From: Ramazzottius varieornatus
Lineage: Eukaryota > Animalia > Tardigrada
Assembly (NCBI GenBank): GCA_001949185.1
Contig: BDGG01000003.1
Location: forward strand, 2,483,663 to 2,547,662
DNA length: 64,000 nucleotides
Direction of reading: 5' to 3'
Shown in pieces: positions 38,868 to 50,913 of this stretch. Positions within the stretch are counted from its first letter, which is position 1. Every line of letters begins with the position of its first letter. The notes below the pieces were generated by a model. That model was given only the letters and a program-made list of their open reading frames with translations, was not told the DNA's origin and did no database searches. The position numbers were made by a program, and so were the translations under genes.

Positions 38868-39111
38868 TGACTGCCAGTGACTGGACTCGTTGTGTGGCTT
38901 GCGACGATTCCCACTTGGCAAAGATGGCTCCGAGCAATGTCCTCTTCCGTTATCAAGCGCAGATCAGCCCATTTGTCTTTTGCCAACCTGGAGTAACACC
39001 AGCACAATGAGCTAATCTGCGCTTGATAACGGAAGAGGACATTGCTCGGAGCCATCTTTGCCAAGTGGGAATCGTCGCAAGCCACACAACGAGTCCAGTC
39101 ACTGGCAGTCA
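38868..39111. repeat. Foldback with 97-bp inverted arms, left end cut by the gap; probable MITE
   Basis: 38868-38964 reads as the reverse complement of 39015-39111, around a 50-nt partly paired centre. Confidence 0.9.
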
Positions 39112-39291
39112 GCAGGTATGATGAAGTCATCGTTATAGCCTGTAGCTACATGGTACTTGGTCGTATTTCTTCCGACGTTTCGTTAACGTAGATCTTTTGC
39201 CAGAGATCGGATCGTTTCCGGAATTCTTTCCCCGTATGTAGGGGAAGACAGCGTTTTCTTTACCGCTACTGAGAGTCTGTAGTCGCTGAGA

Positions 39292-42051
39292 ATGTTCAAA
39301 TCAAACGCTGGATTTACCAAGAATTTGGACAGAGCCACAAGTAATCTTCTTCTCGCTCCTGATTGGGATTCCATCCTGGCCATCTGTGATACCGTTCGAG
39401 CTGGGGATGTTGCACCAAAGACTGCTGTAGAGGCTATACGAAAGAAAATCCAGGACAAAAATCCTCATGTGGCTGTCCACGCTTTACAGGTAACGTTTGA
39501 ACCATATTAGTTAGGTCGGTCCCCTTGGTTTGCCTGTGTGACGTCACGGGTCATGAGCAAAGTCAGTGGGGGACCGACTCGGCGCTATTGCCTCGAAGGG
39601 GTGTGTCTCGTGCATCGTCATCGTGGCAGTATTCTAGTTCTACGGTGTTCTCTTCAGGTGCTGGATGCGGTGGTCAAGAATTGCGGAAAAACAGTCCATG
39701 ATGAAGTCATCACAATGGCTTTGATGGAAGAGCTACGTGACATGGCGAAGAAGAGTCCCGAAGAAGTACGGAACCGAGTACTGGAGGTGATTCAGTGTTG
39801 GGCTCATGGCTTCCGAGATAAGCCTCAGTACAGAATCGTCCAAGACACCGTGAACCTGATGAAGTTGGAAGGGTACAAGTTTCCGGCCATGAAAGCTGCC
39901 GATGCGCTGTTTGTGGCAGAGTCTGCACCAGAATGGCAGGAGGGTGATTGCTGTCACAGATGTCGCACTAACTTCAACATAGCCAATCGGAAGCACCATT
40001 GCCGAAATTGTGGGCAGATCTTCTGTAACAAGTGCTCGGGGAAAGTCTCGGCTTTGCCCAAGTTTGGGATTGAAAAGGAAGTAAGGGTTTGTGACACGTG
40101 TCATGACTTGTTGAATCAGTCTGCGAGAATTAGTCTAGTCGAAGCTTTGAAGGCGAAGGAGAACGAACTTCCGGCCGAATATTTGAACAGTCCACTCGCA
40201 AAGGTAAAATGTTCCCGTGTTCTCCTGTCTGCTAATTTTAACAACCGTTCTGTTTTCAACAGGAAGCGCAGACTGCTCCGAAGAAAACGGAGTCGGAAAT
40301 CCAAGAGGAGGAAGAACTTCAGTTGGCTTTGGCCATTTCGCAGAGCGAAGCGGAAGCGAAGAAAAACCAGCAGAAGGGAAAGAACTTCCACAACCTTAGC
40401 TTGGCGAAACCGGAAGTCCAACCGCAATTGTCAGAAATCAAGGAAGACATTCCTTCGGCATCGCCCCGGATGAATGGTGACTTGGATAAGTACCTTAACC
40501 GACAGTACTGGGAGCAGAAGCAGAAGGAACCGCTGCAGACTGCAGGAGGTACCGGACGACAGAACGAACCGTCCGCACCAACGCCATCATCTACTCCGTG
40601 TAAGATATCACAAGCGTCGTTTGTATGGAAGGTCTTTATTGACCTGCCCTTTTTTCTTTGTAGCTCTTTTCGGGACGGCGCGTTCAAGCTCAAGCAAGTC
40701 CGAAGACTCCTACCAGAATGGTGACGCTGATGAGACTTATCAGTTCATAGCAGCGCTTAAAACCCAGATTGGTGTATTTACGAACCGGATGAAGTCCAAT
40801 GTGAACCGAGGTCGGCCCTTAGCTAACGATCCTACGATCACTTCCTTGTTCAACAGCCTCTTGCCCATGCGCCATCAGCTAATGGAATACATTCAGGTAC
40901 GGTATCCTTCCGCGATGTGAATGCTTACGAACATAATTTTGTTGATCAGTCTATTTTACTTTCAGGGTCAGGAGCACTGGAAAGAGTACTACGAAAGGCT
41001 CCAAGAAAAACTGACGCGTTTGAGAGAGGCCAGAGAAGCGTTGGACGTTCTTCGGGAAGAACATCGAGAGAAAATGCGTCTTGAAGCCGAAGAACGTCAT
41101 CACGAGAAGCAGATGCAGATGGTAGCCAAGTTGGATGCTTTACGGTTGAGGAAGCGGGAGTATCTGGAACATCAGCGACAGATAGCGTATCAACAGATGC
41201 AAGTGCAGGAGCAAGAGCTGATGCGCCGAAAGCAGATGTCGACTTACCAGCCATTCGCATATGTGCCAGGAAGCCTCCAAGCTGGACAGCGACTGAATGG
41301 TCCACCTGGACTCCCTGGACAAAGTCCCTTCATGCCCATACAGCAGATGGGCGCTCCACAACAAGTAAGTGTAGTCGCCCTATGAGCCCGCGACGGGAGA
41401 CGGAATACACAGGGTGCGTTTTGTCTGCAAGCCCTTCAGACAATGTCCTTATACAGAAATGTCACCTTGGTCTGGATATCTTTTTCTGCCAGCGGTTCAT
41501 GTTATGGATATGTGTAGCACAAGCCTGGTTTTGCAGAAGAAGCTTTCTTTGTCCAGGTTGCCGGACTGCCGTACGGTGGAATGCCTAGCTATCAACACCC
41601 TGGTCAAGTCGCGCACCAACCACCACAGCAAATCTATCACCCCATACCACAACACGCTACGCAACCAACCGTCAACGGAAATTCCGGTGTACATCAACAA
41701 CAGACAACTCCTCACTTGAACAACGCTGCTTATCCAGGAACGGCTCAAGTAGCACCGGGAACTGTCTACGCTTCGTCCTTCCAGCCTCAACCAGCCCAAG
41801 TAAACCAGGGTGCTTACACTGGCATAAAGCAAGGCTTCCAACCGATTCCCCAAAACCCACCAGTTTTCTACCATCAGGTACCACAGCAGCCTTACCCTCA
41901 TGCCACAGTACCTGGACAAGGACAGTACCCGACTGCAGGAGCGCAGCAGTACGGACAACCGACGAGCGAACATCCACAAATCCAGCTACAGCAACAGCAG
42001 TCTCAGCAGCCTGCACCAGTAGAAGAAGAACTTCTGATCAGCTTTGATTAG
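39292..42051 (+). CDS. HGS: Hepatocyte growth factor-regulated tyrosine kinase substrate (Hrs, ESCRT-0)
   Basis: VHS domain ([22 protein letters not shown]...VVKNCG), FYVE domain ([13 protein letters not shown]...VRVCDTC), UIM ([17 protein letters not shown]), coiled coil, Q/P-rich tail and terminal clathrin box EELLISFD; about 6 exons. Confidence 0.96.
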
Positions 42052-42368
42052 AAAAGTTTTCTTGCTCGTGTTTTTTCGCCGAGTTTGTTTGTCGCGTACA
42101 TTTTTGATCATCGCTTTTTATTTCCGGAAAGTTCTAGAACCGCAGCACGATTGCAAGGCTGTAAGCTTGATCTTCAGGTTCATCTGTGAACATATGAATA
42201 TCATTCGAATTATGGAAGTTGTTTGTCACCGCTCTATAAAGTGAGAAACAGAATTTTCACTTTTCCAGATTTTTGGGAGAAAATCCATCAATATAGAACC
42301 ATTACCAAAGTTAAAATCATTACTAATCAATCATCATTACTAAAGGTACTAATCATTACTTTACTTAC

Positions 42369-42857
42369 ATGGAAATATTTACATGGAAATGGACGAGTGA
42401 GCACCTGGACGAAGGCGGAAATATTTCAGCACAAGTTCCGGCGGTTCTGGAACCACTAGGACTTTCGCGGGACGATGGACTGAGACCTGATGGGAAGACC
42501 ATGATACCTTGGAAGAATGGGAAGGAATTAGTTTGGGATGTGACTGTGGTAGATACATTGGCGAAGTCCTACGTCGGAAAGACAAGCGAGAAGGTGGGAG
42601 CTGCCGCCGAAGACGCAGAAGAGAAAAAGATCGAGAAATACCAAGGCATCGCTTCACAGTACCTCTTCGTTCCTTTGGGATTCGAGACCTTCGGATCTTG
42701 GGGACCTGCAGCGACGGAATTGATCAACGCGATCGGGACGAAGCTTGTTGAGTTTTCTTTTGAGACTAGATCTCTTCAATACTTGAAACAGCGCTTGTCG
42801 CTTGACATACAGCGAGGTAATGCTTTTATTTGTTATGGTTACTGCGAAGGAGACTAA
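42369..42857 (+). mobile_element. 5'-truncated CRE-like non-LTR retrotransposon, restriction-like endonuclease C-terminus
   Basis: LEPLGLSRDDGLRPDG...PWKNGKELVWDVTVVDT...EKKIEKY...FVPLGFETFGSWG...QRLSLDIQRGNA fits the RPD...D...K endonuclease region of CRE-clade elements. No reverse transcriptase is present. Confidence 0.8.
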
Positions 42858-42956
42858 AAGACTCGAAAACACATTTTACGTTTTGAATCTTAGGAAGGGA
42901 ACAACCGTGTCCACGTAACTTGTTGATTTTGATTTAGTCTCCTGTTTCATTGTGGT

Positions 42957-43547
42957 TAGCGCTGGCAAAAGTACGATAAAGTTCGATACGATATTTTCGA
43001 TACAATATCGGCGGATATTTTATTGCGGTCTTCGATATTCATTCGATATCGATATTTCGATACGATATTTTTCCGATACTGTACTTTCGATATATCGTAT
43101 ATCGCAGCGACATATCGATATTTCTGGAATTTCAGTTTTTCGGAATTTCGCTGGTCCAAGCCCAAAAATTCAAGAAACCGATTTCGACATAGAGTATTAG
43201 TGAGATCGAGAGCGTCGGATGCAGCAAAGACACGATTATACCAAGACTTCAAACACTTGGAAACCTGGACAGAATTAGTACCAGAACCGAATGGGCGGAG
43301 TGTGCTCGGTACACCATGGCCAAAATCAAGTCTTCGAAATCAACCATGGTCTTCCGTAAACGAGATATCACTGGCGAGTTTGCCATTCAGCAAAATACCG
43401 ATATATCGAAAATATATCGATATAGCGCGATACGATATCGCCGAATATTTTATTGCGTTTTTCGATACGAGCTTCATATCCATATTTTCGATACGATATC
43501 TGGCGCATATTTTATCGTAAAGATTCGATATATTTCGATACGATATC
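42957..43547 (+). mobile_element. hAT-type MITE, copy 1 (one end truncated), inverted relative to 49998-50614
   Basis: Begins TAGCGCTGGCAA and has dense CGATA/TATCGATA subterminal repeats. Near-identical to the reverse complement of about 50024-50614, but lacks the last ~26 bp. Confidence 0.85.
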
Positions 43548-44254
43548 AGTCGTCTGTTACCGAGCGGCAGTCAACTCGGGCACAAGAGAACAACGAGCGA
43601 AACTTCGCACGACTTCGTGAAAAGCGAGAGTTGGAAGACAAGCGATCAAGAGAAGACAGAGATGTCGCAGATAGGTATGCTGGGGAAGACAGTCGTCGTG
43701 TTCTCGATCGTAAGCAAGAAGACTCAGATTTCGAGCAGCGAGCTCCTGACTACTGCGCCATGTATCGTGGTAAAGATCTTGTTTAGGCTTTCTCTACTGG
43801 TTTGGTTACAGTACGGGACGCGATTCTGTCCGGTCGGTCTTACCATTACTGTATGGCTGATTGATGGCATTCCGGTTCAGTCGAAACCTGCCCTGGTAAA
43901 CGTTAGTACGGTAGGGTTGTGGCCACTGAACAAGTCAAGTGTTATGCCCCTTGGCTTTTGGTTTCCATGTTTGATTTTTAGATGGCCCATAACTCTGTCG
44001 TGTTGACGACCGGACAGAATCGTGTCCTGAAGTGTACGTCCTTTCAGTTTTTCCTGTAGCACTTGTGGCTCTTTGGTGTCACTGTTGGTGCAGTATTTTT
44101 GACGGTCTTTCTTTTTTTAATAATTACAACGGTAAATCGAAAATGAAGAAGAAAAGTAACATTGGTGCGATGGAAAAACACAGGATGGAATAGTTCATCG
44201 TACAGCAATAATTAGTAGCAGTTGGAATTCCAACGCTTGGAGATCCAACATCTT

Positions 44255-46007
44255 TCAGCAACAGTAATATCTAGCATTTCGTTCAAAAAAACGTTTCTGT
44301 TCCAATCTTTCACCGCCAAGTCGATTCTTTTCACCGGCTGTAGCATCACCTGCTGTCGATAACAGTCTTCCCGATGGCGCCGAAGAGCATTGTATTGCCA
44401 GAACATCCAAAGCGAAAGCAATCAGCTCAGGATACTCAGTTGTATTTTGTAACCAGAACTTGTTTGGTTCGCTCTTCTGTGGGCAGGCGGCTGCAGTTGC
44501 TGAGAGCATGTAAGAGTTTAACTGACGTTCTATAGGCAACTGCTGTTGTTCTGCTGTAGTATTCACTGGAGCACGAGCCAGAAGTTCCGTGAGGTACGAA
44601 AACCCGTCGTCGTCACCGACGACCTTGGACTGAGGTTGATCGTGATCTAGAAACAAAGACGATGAGTTGGAATTCTAACATTTGGAACTCCAAAGAGAGT
44701 TTAGTCACCAGTATTCGTGGAACCAGAAGAATCATCGTTGACAGTCGAATTCCACTTTTTGCCGTACTGCAGAACACCTTTCATTGCAATGGTTTGCTCC
44801 TTCTCCGTCAGATGTCGGCGTAGCGCTGGATGTATCAGAGTTGCTACCATCATGATGGGATCGAACGTTAAGTGTTCAGGGTTCAACCATACACCGAAGC
44901 GTGCCACTATGTCGACTTGCATGTCTACATAGAAAGGATTAGATAGTGCTGTTTTGATTCGTTATCGAGAATTAAATACTTCTAATCAGCGGGAAAAAAG
45001 GATCCTTAATTCCATAGGAGCCCAGGTCTAACTCTTCAGCCCAAGTCCTCATATGGGATAGAGGAGCCGGAATGTCTTTCAGATGAGGTATGATTTTATG
45101 GATGGTATTTTTCTTTTCAGCCTGCATTCGAACCATAATCTGAAAAGCACACCATGTTTCCGTTGGATTTCCAACTGTTGGAAATCCAACAATTTGCGAT
45201 GTTCACTTACCAGCTTGAACTTGCCAAGGAACTTGACAATTCCTTTCAGCACTAGCCATTCACCTTGAGATAAGTTAGGTACTTCGACTAGTTTCTCAAC
45301 CACGATAACCGTTTCTGCAGCAGCCTGAATTTTGACCATTCTTTCCCCCATCAGAAGAGTGCTGGACCATCGTGTCGTATTGTCTGAGATGAGCTTCGGA
45401 CCGCCAGTCCGCGCCATAAGTGCAGCGACGGCGGTGTGAGAATGGCCGAAGCTATTTACAATCGCGCGAACTTTCGCCATGACATCCTTGATCGGCGGAC
45501 TCTTCTCGAACAACTTGACCACGAGCTGTAGAGTGTGCAAGAAGCACGGATATCGGGAGTACTCGGTGAAAAGGTTTAAAGCTTCCAACTCGAAAGCATC
45601 AAACCCTGCCGCCATCTCATCAACTTCCTCGTCGTCTTCCAGTGGTTCCTACTCATCCGGCATACGTTGGACCATCGCTTCTTCCGTAACACATTCTTCT
45701 AACTTCTTATCGTACAGCTTGAAGGCGGCAATCATGTTGGATGCGTTGTCCGTCATGACGACTGATACTTTTTCTGGATTGTTACCCCATTTCTCCAATT
45801 CCTGTTTGATGAGTTCGTACACATTCTTGGCTTTATGTGGGGGCGGAAATGAGACACAGCCCAGGTAGAAATTTCCGCCGGTCCGGTCAAGTCCACCGTC
45901 GTCTTAGGCTGAGTCCTCCTCTCCTTTATAGCCTGCTTCTTCGGCTTGGTGGAGCTTGGCCCTGTCTGACTTTTTCGCTTCTGCCTATTTTTCTTGGGAT
46001 TGGTCAT
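44255..46007 (-). pseudogene. Intron-containing hAT transposase remnant
   Basis: VMTDNASNM, PCFLHTLQL (CxxH), NTTRWSST and the hATC region FWLQNTTEYPELIAFALDVLAIQCSSAPSGRLLS. In-frame TAG at 45649-45651; the catalytic Glu position reads Gly; intron at about 45123-45210. The basic N-terminus (MTNPKKNRQKRK) abuts the catalytic region with no BED finger between them. Confidence 0.85.
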
Positions 46008-46920
46008 GGCTGATGCTAAAATTATACGGCCGAGAACCAAAACTACCAATTGAAGTACGAACGGTAGGAAAAGAAGAGCAAACTGCGAGTCTCACAGATA
46101 TCACTATATTCAAATCAAGTCGAATAATCAATGCACCAAATTCACGGTATGAGATTACGTAATCGAGTACGTCAATTTAACTGAAGCTGAAATTTAGAAT
46201 ATCTATCTCTTGTACTGATTAACCAGCTCTCGTCCGGGATAATATTTACTAAGGGATTCTCATGGTACAATTCACTGTGGATTTGCTAGGCATCTTGCCA
46301 TAATTAAAATTCGAAGCCCAGCTCTTCCGAATTTTAATTATTTTAATTGCTGCAAGGACGGATTTCAATTACCTATTTTACTATTGACTTGTGGGTCTAA
46401 TTTTACTGTAATTTCACTACATAGTAAAATTCTTCGTCTCGATTTCATAATTTTAATTATTATATTAAAATTCAAAAATCCCAGTTTTTCAGCTATTTTC
46501 AATTATCTATTTCCATTAGTAGAATAACACTGCTGGCCTTCCAGCGGAGCTTTAGAATGAATAAGTCACCGCTTGAGTCATCGTAGAAAGCTGTTCAGGC
46601 ATTCTAAAGCCCTTAAATTGGGGAAACCATGGCAAGCCTGAGCCTATGGCGGAAAGATCAAAGTTCATTCACTTGTGATATTGCTCAGCTGGGTTGAGTT
46701 CGTACGTGATTCAAGTACGTCGGATGCTACTCGTGTTATGTTATTCGGCGTCCGTTACTTCATTGCCGTTTATGCGTTTTGCGTTTCCGTGAAGTTGTTG
46801 CGGCTCGGGTTTCATGGTATTCAGTATGTGTTGTTGTGTTTCATTGCAGGTTTGGGCTTTTGTTTCCGGTGGATAGTTGGGGAGTATGGGTGTTTCGTGG
46901 TGCGAAGGGATATCAGTGAG

Positions 46921-49900
46921 ATGTTTGGGAGAAGCTGTGTTGTGTGTGGGTACCGTTACAGGTGGACTGGGACTCGAAGGTCCTTGTTCCCGTTTCCTGA
47001 TGATTCGGGAGGTACGGGGAATTGGTTGCGTGCGTTGAATATTGCGGTAGAGTTTTCTGACCAGCGGTATGTTTGCTCACATCATTTCGGTCCATTGTGA
47101 ATCATTGGTGGTAGACAGGGAAAGTTGATTTATGGAGCGGTTCCGTTGGAGTGTGATGGATTGTGTCCCTTAAAGGGTGGAGACGGCAAGATGGTTCAGT
47201 CAAGAAAGGGTCAAGAAAGCGATAGGGTTATTTTGGTAGAAGAGGGCGAGATTTGTTATGCGATGACAGATGCTGCTGAATTTCCCGTAAGGAATAGTGA
47301 CACTTGGTTGGCCGAGGTAAGTTCTGGTAAGAATGAAAGCATCGTGGAAGGTGTCAAGATGGGTGTTAGAGAGAAGAAGGAAAAGGAAGTGTTATGTGAT
47401 TCTTTTGGGCAGGTTTATAAGAAGCGTGTGTATGTGAAGTGGGATTATTGTGGTTGCTGGTTTGAAGTGTGCAGAAAGCCTAATTTGCGTATTAATGGGT
47501 CGGGCAGTCATCCAGAATTAAAAGGAGAGAAGTTACCGTGTTTGAAATGCCAAAGATTTCGCAAGTGTAATGGGGATGATTACTGCAAATATAGTAATTG
47601 GCTGAATAATTTAGATCCAGGGCCAATGCCACGAGTGTTGAATCTTGGGTATATGGAACTTCAAGCTGTTCGTATTTATCCAGCCGTTTTTTAGCATTGT
47701 GAAATGTGTTTTCCTGTCGATGACTCAAGTGAAAGGCCAGTCTGTTCATGTCGCTTTCCTTTTTGAAGGTTTCTCAGAAAAAGGGTGCGAATAGTGAGAG
47801 CGAGTCGAAAAAGTATTCTGCTAATGACTATGTTGTCTTTGAGACCTTGTCATTTCTGAAGCATAATAACGAGAAATACAGAGAAGTGGATTTGGCTCAC
47901 TTGACGGAGCAGTTGGAGGCAACGAAGTTAAAGAGAGGTAGTGAAGATTGAGATCTATGACTCTCATGCTTTGATCTATTTAAAGACGCCTGTGCCGAAG
48001 GCAGATTCAGACAGGTTTGGTTATGACAAGGCTCGTGAGAAGCGTATACTATACTGTATTACCTCCGATAATTTATGTACGTCACAGCTATCTCTCGTGT
48101 AATGAAGTTTGCGATAAGTCGAGCCGAAATCTCTTCCACGTCAATGGAGTACGTCATTTCAGTTCTTTTATCGTACGGAGACATATATCATGAGAAGCTG
48201 GACACTCAGACAAGAGGTAAAACTACGAGAAGTTCGACACATTAGACCGAGTCATCATCAAAACTAACCAGATTCTGCACAACTAACAGAGCGGCAAAAG
48301 AATGTGTACTAGGAACAACTGCAGGAACTTCCGAATGAGCGTCTTGCCACTTCTCACTTGCAATCTTACATTTGTGAAAACCGTTCACGACTGTGGAGGG
48401 TTTAACATCTTTCCAGGCTTCGATCGAACAGTCTACTGCATCGAATATCGTCAGCCCCATCACAAAATCTTCGACTCCGTTTACAATGGGAATTCTTTCG
48501 AAGATACGCTGGAAAAGATGACGTTTATAACTATCTGTGAAGGTCTTGATGATACCGGCGTCCAATGGCATAGCCCGTGCGGTACAATTTGGTGGAAAGT
48601 GAAGCATGACGTTTGATCGGGAAGAAACCTTATGAGCAATGAAGTTGTCCACAATCAGAAGAACGACACGGTTTTGCTTGACCATCTCGCCATTAAGCCA
48701 GTCCAGCCAGGAGTTGAATATGGCTGTGTTCATCCAGGCGGTACTGTTATAATAGTATGAAAACCTGTACTCGTCGACTGTAATATCAAGTACGGCATTC
48801 TTCTGAAAGGCTCGAGGTCGTTCGGCGGTACCGATCAAACTTTTCGCCACCGGGCAGAGCATAGAAGGAAGATAGTGATGCTATCTTTGCGACCTTCACA
48901 CCAGTTTCTTGCTTTCCACCAACGACCAACGATCGAATCCCCACATTTCACCACCACAGTCCAGTCTCATCCCGGGGAAGAGGCAATGAAAGTGGCAGCG
49001 TTTCGGAGGAAAACACGACGGATAGGTATGCGCTTGCTTCGGGCCCACTTCAGCACCTTCGAACATCTCTGTTCGATCTCGGGAAACTGTAATTTCACGG
49101 TGATTCTCTTCCGTTTCCTCACGGCACTACCACCAGTTTTGAGAGTTGCAGCGACAGCGCTGGTCTTTTCGTAGGTCGACCGTATTCCGCTCTGTCATAT
49201 CGAAACGATCCGCCAGATCGCCAGCTTTAGCCTGAAATAACAACAGAACTTGCTTGTTGACACGAAGCTAATATTTTGTGAGCAACTTACACCGTGATCC
49301 ATCAAGTGGATGATCTAAGCTCGTCTTTCCAGTACGGTACTTTCCAATACAGCCGGCTTCCGTCGCTGGTTCTGATTATCTGGACGATTCTTCAGCTTCC
49401 CCATTTCAACAGTAGCAGATACAAGAACTAAAGCAGTAGGACAACGGGAAAGGTGCCGGAATAAGCGTACGTTAAAGAGGGTAAACACATCAGAAAACCG
49501 CCGGAAGTGCTATGGTCCAGTTTGTGAAAGAAGCCTTTGACTGAACAGCTGATTCACTAGTACTGGTACCGGACATGAGTGTCTACAGCTTTGCGCACTT
49601 GACTCACCTTCTTGATGGACTCCAGGGACGTCATAGACTCTCCGGCAAGTCAGCCATCGCAAACTCAGCATGTGGGTTTTTGTAGAAAACGTATCAGTGA
49701 CGTACATAATTATCGGAGGTAATACAGTACAAAAGGAGGATGAGTTTGGCGTCAGTCGTCTGTTACCGAGCGGCTCAGTTCCAGTCTGGAGGATGAACGG
49801 GGATGTTAATTTTGTGGAGGAGAAGAGACATCCGAATTTATTCTGTGAAGGTATTGGTGGTGAATATGCGGATCAGAAGTTTGCGCTGAAACCAGTAGAG

Positions 49901-49980
49901 TATTATAAGCTGCGTTTGCTTAGTAGAGATACGCGATAGCAGAAGGATGTATCTTATGTTTTTCGTGCATTGAACGTGGT
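46921..49980 (+). mobile_element. Degenerate Helitron2/Helentron-like ORF with an N-terminal THAP zinc finger, split by the Tigger insertion
   Basis: THAP: SCVVCG..SLFPFP..WLRALN..YVCSHHF..(TGA at 47098)..GAVP. Then NNLDPGPMPRVLNLGYMELQ and VFETLSFLKHNNEKYREV (DUF6570-like). After 49730, EEKRHPNLFCEGIGG..VEYYKLRLLSRDTR resembles the region upstream of the Helitron Rep domain. Confidence 0.62.
48054..49727 (-). mobile_element. Tigger/pogo DNA transposon, full length but with a degenerate transposase
   Basis: TIR CTGTATTACCTCCGATAAT(T)TATGTACGTCAC at both ends; TA TSD at 48052-48053 and 49728-49729. DDE region YYYNSTAWMNTAIF..VLLIVDNFIAH..FPPNCTARAMPLDAGII (48242-48862). ATG at 49404, followed by a small intron; stops and frameshifts are present. 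Confidence 0.92.
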
Positions 49981-49997
49981 TCAGAGATCGTTCTTGG

Positions 49998-50614
49998 TAG
50001 TGCTGGCAACGATACGGTATACCGATATCGTATCGAAATATATCGAATCTTTACGATAAAATATGCGCCAGATATCGTATCGAAAATATGGATATGAAGC
50101 TCGTATCGAAAAACGCAATAAAATATTCGGCGATATCGTATCGCGCTATATCGATATATTTTCGATATATCGGTATTTTGCTGAATGGCAAACTCGCCAG
50201 TGATATCTCGTTTACGGAAGACCATGGTTGATTTCGAAGACTTGATTTTGGCCATGGTGTACCGAGCACACTCCGCCCATTCGGTTCTGGTACTAATTCT
50301 GTCCAGGTTTCCAAGTGTTTGAAGTCTTGGTATAATCGTGTCTTTGCTGCATCCGACGCTCTCGATCTCACTAATACTCTATGTCGAAATCGGTTTCTTG
50401 AATTTTTGGGCTTGGACCAGCGAAATTCCGAAAAACTGAAATTCCAGAAATATCGATATGTCGCTGCGATATACGATATATCGAAAGTACAGTATCGGAA
50501 AAATATCGTATCGAAATATCGATATCGAATGAATATCGAAGACCGCAATAAAATATCCGCCGATATTGTATCGAAAATATCGTATCGAACTTTGTCGTAT
50601 TTTTGCCAGTGCTA
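49998..50614 (-). mobile_element. hAT-type MITE, copy 2 (complete, 617 bp)
   Basis: Termini TAGTGCTGGCAA...TTGCCAGTGCTA (10/12 inverted). Flanks GTTCTTGG and GTTCTAGC match 6/8, consistent with a degenerate 8-bp TSD. CGATA-rich subterminal repeats. Confidence 0.85.
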
Positions 50615-50913
50615 GTTCTAGCAGAGACATCTCTCTGGTTCTAGCAGTCAGTCGTGCGTATCTGCCACATAACGATTATCTTTTGTTGCAACTCGCATCG
50701 CTTGCGAGTTCCGCAAGTCTCAGAATCTTCCTTGTTCAGGTTCAGTCACGAATGTTGAAGGCGCGAGCCGGAAAGGAACTGAATCAGCGACCACATGGGA
50801 TGTCGTTGGGAGGAAAGTAATTTGGACACACTGTACTTTGATGCTGTCGCGTTCACTGATCCACATCACACTATTTTTCTCTTCAGCGGGGAGATTAAAC
50901 TTTAGTGTTTGAG

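Noticed and set aside
38371-39130. Long ORFs across the gap
   Set aside because: Artefacts of translating N runs.
43023-43520. 165-aa ORF duplicated at 50051-50548, and overlapping 83-156 aa ORFs
   Set aside because: Low-complexity translations of CGATA repeats in a non-coding MITE; no domain signal.
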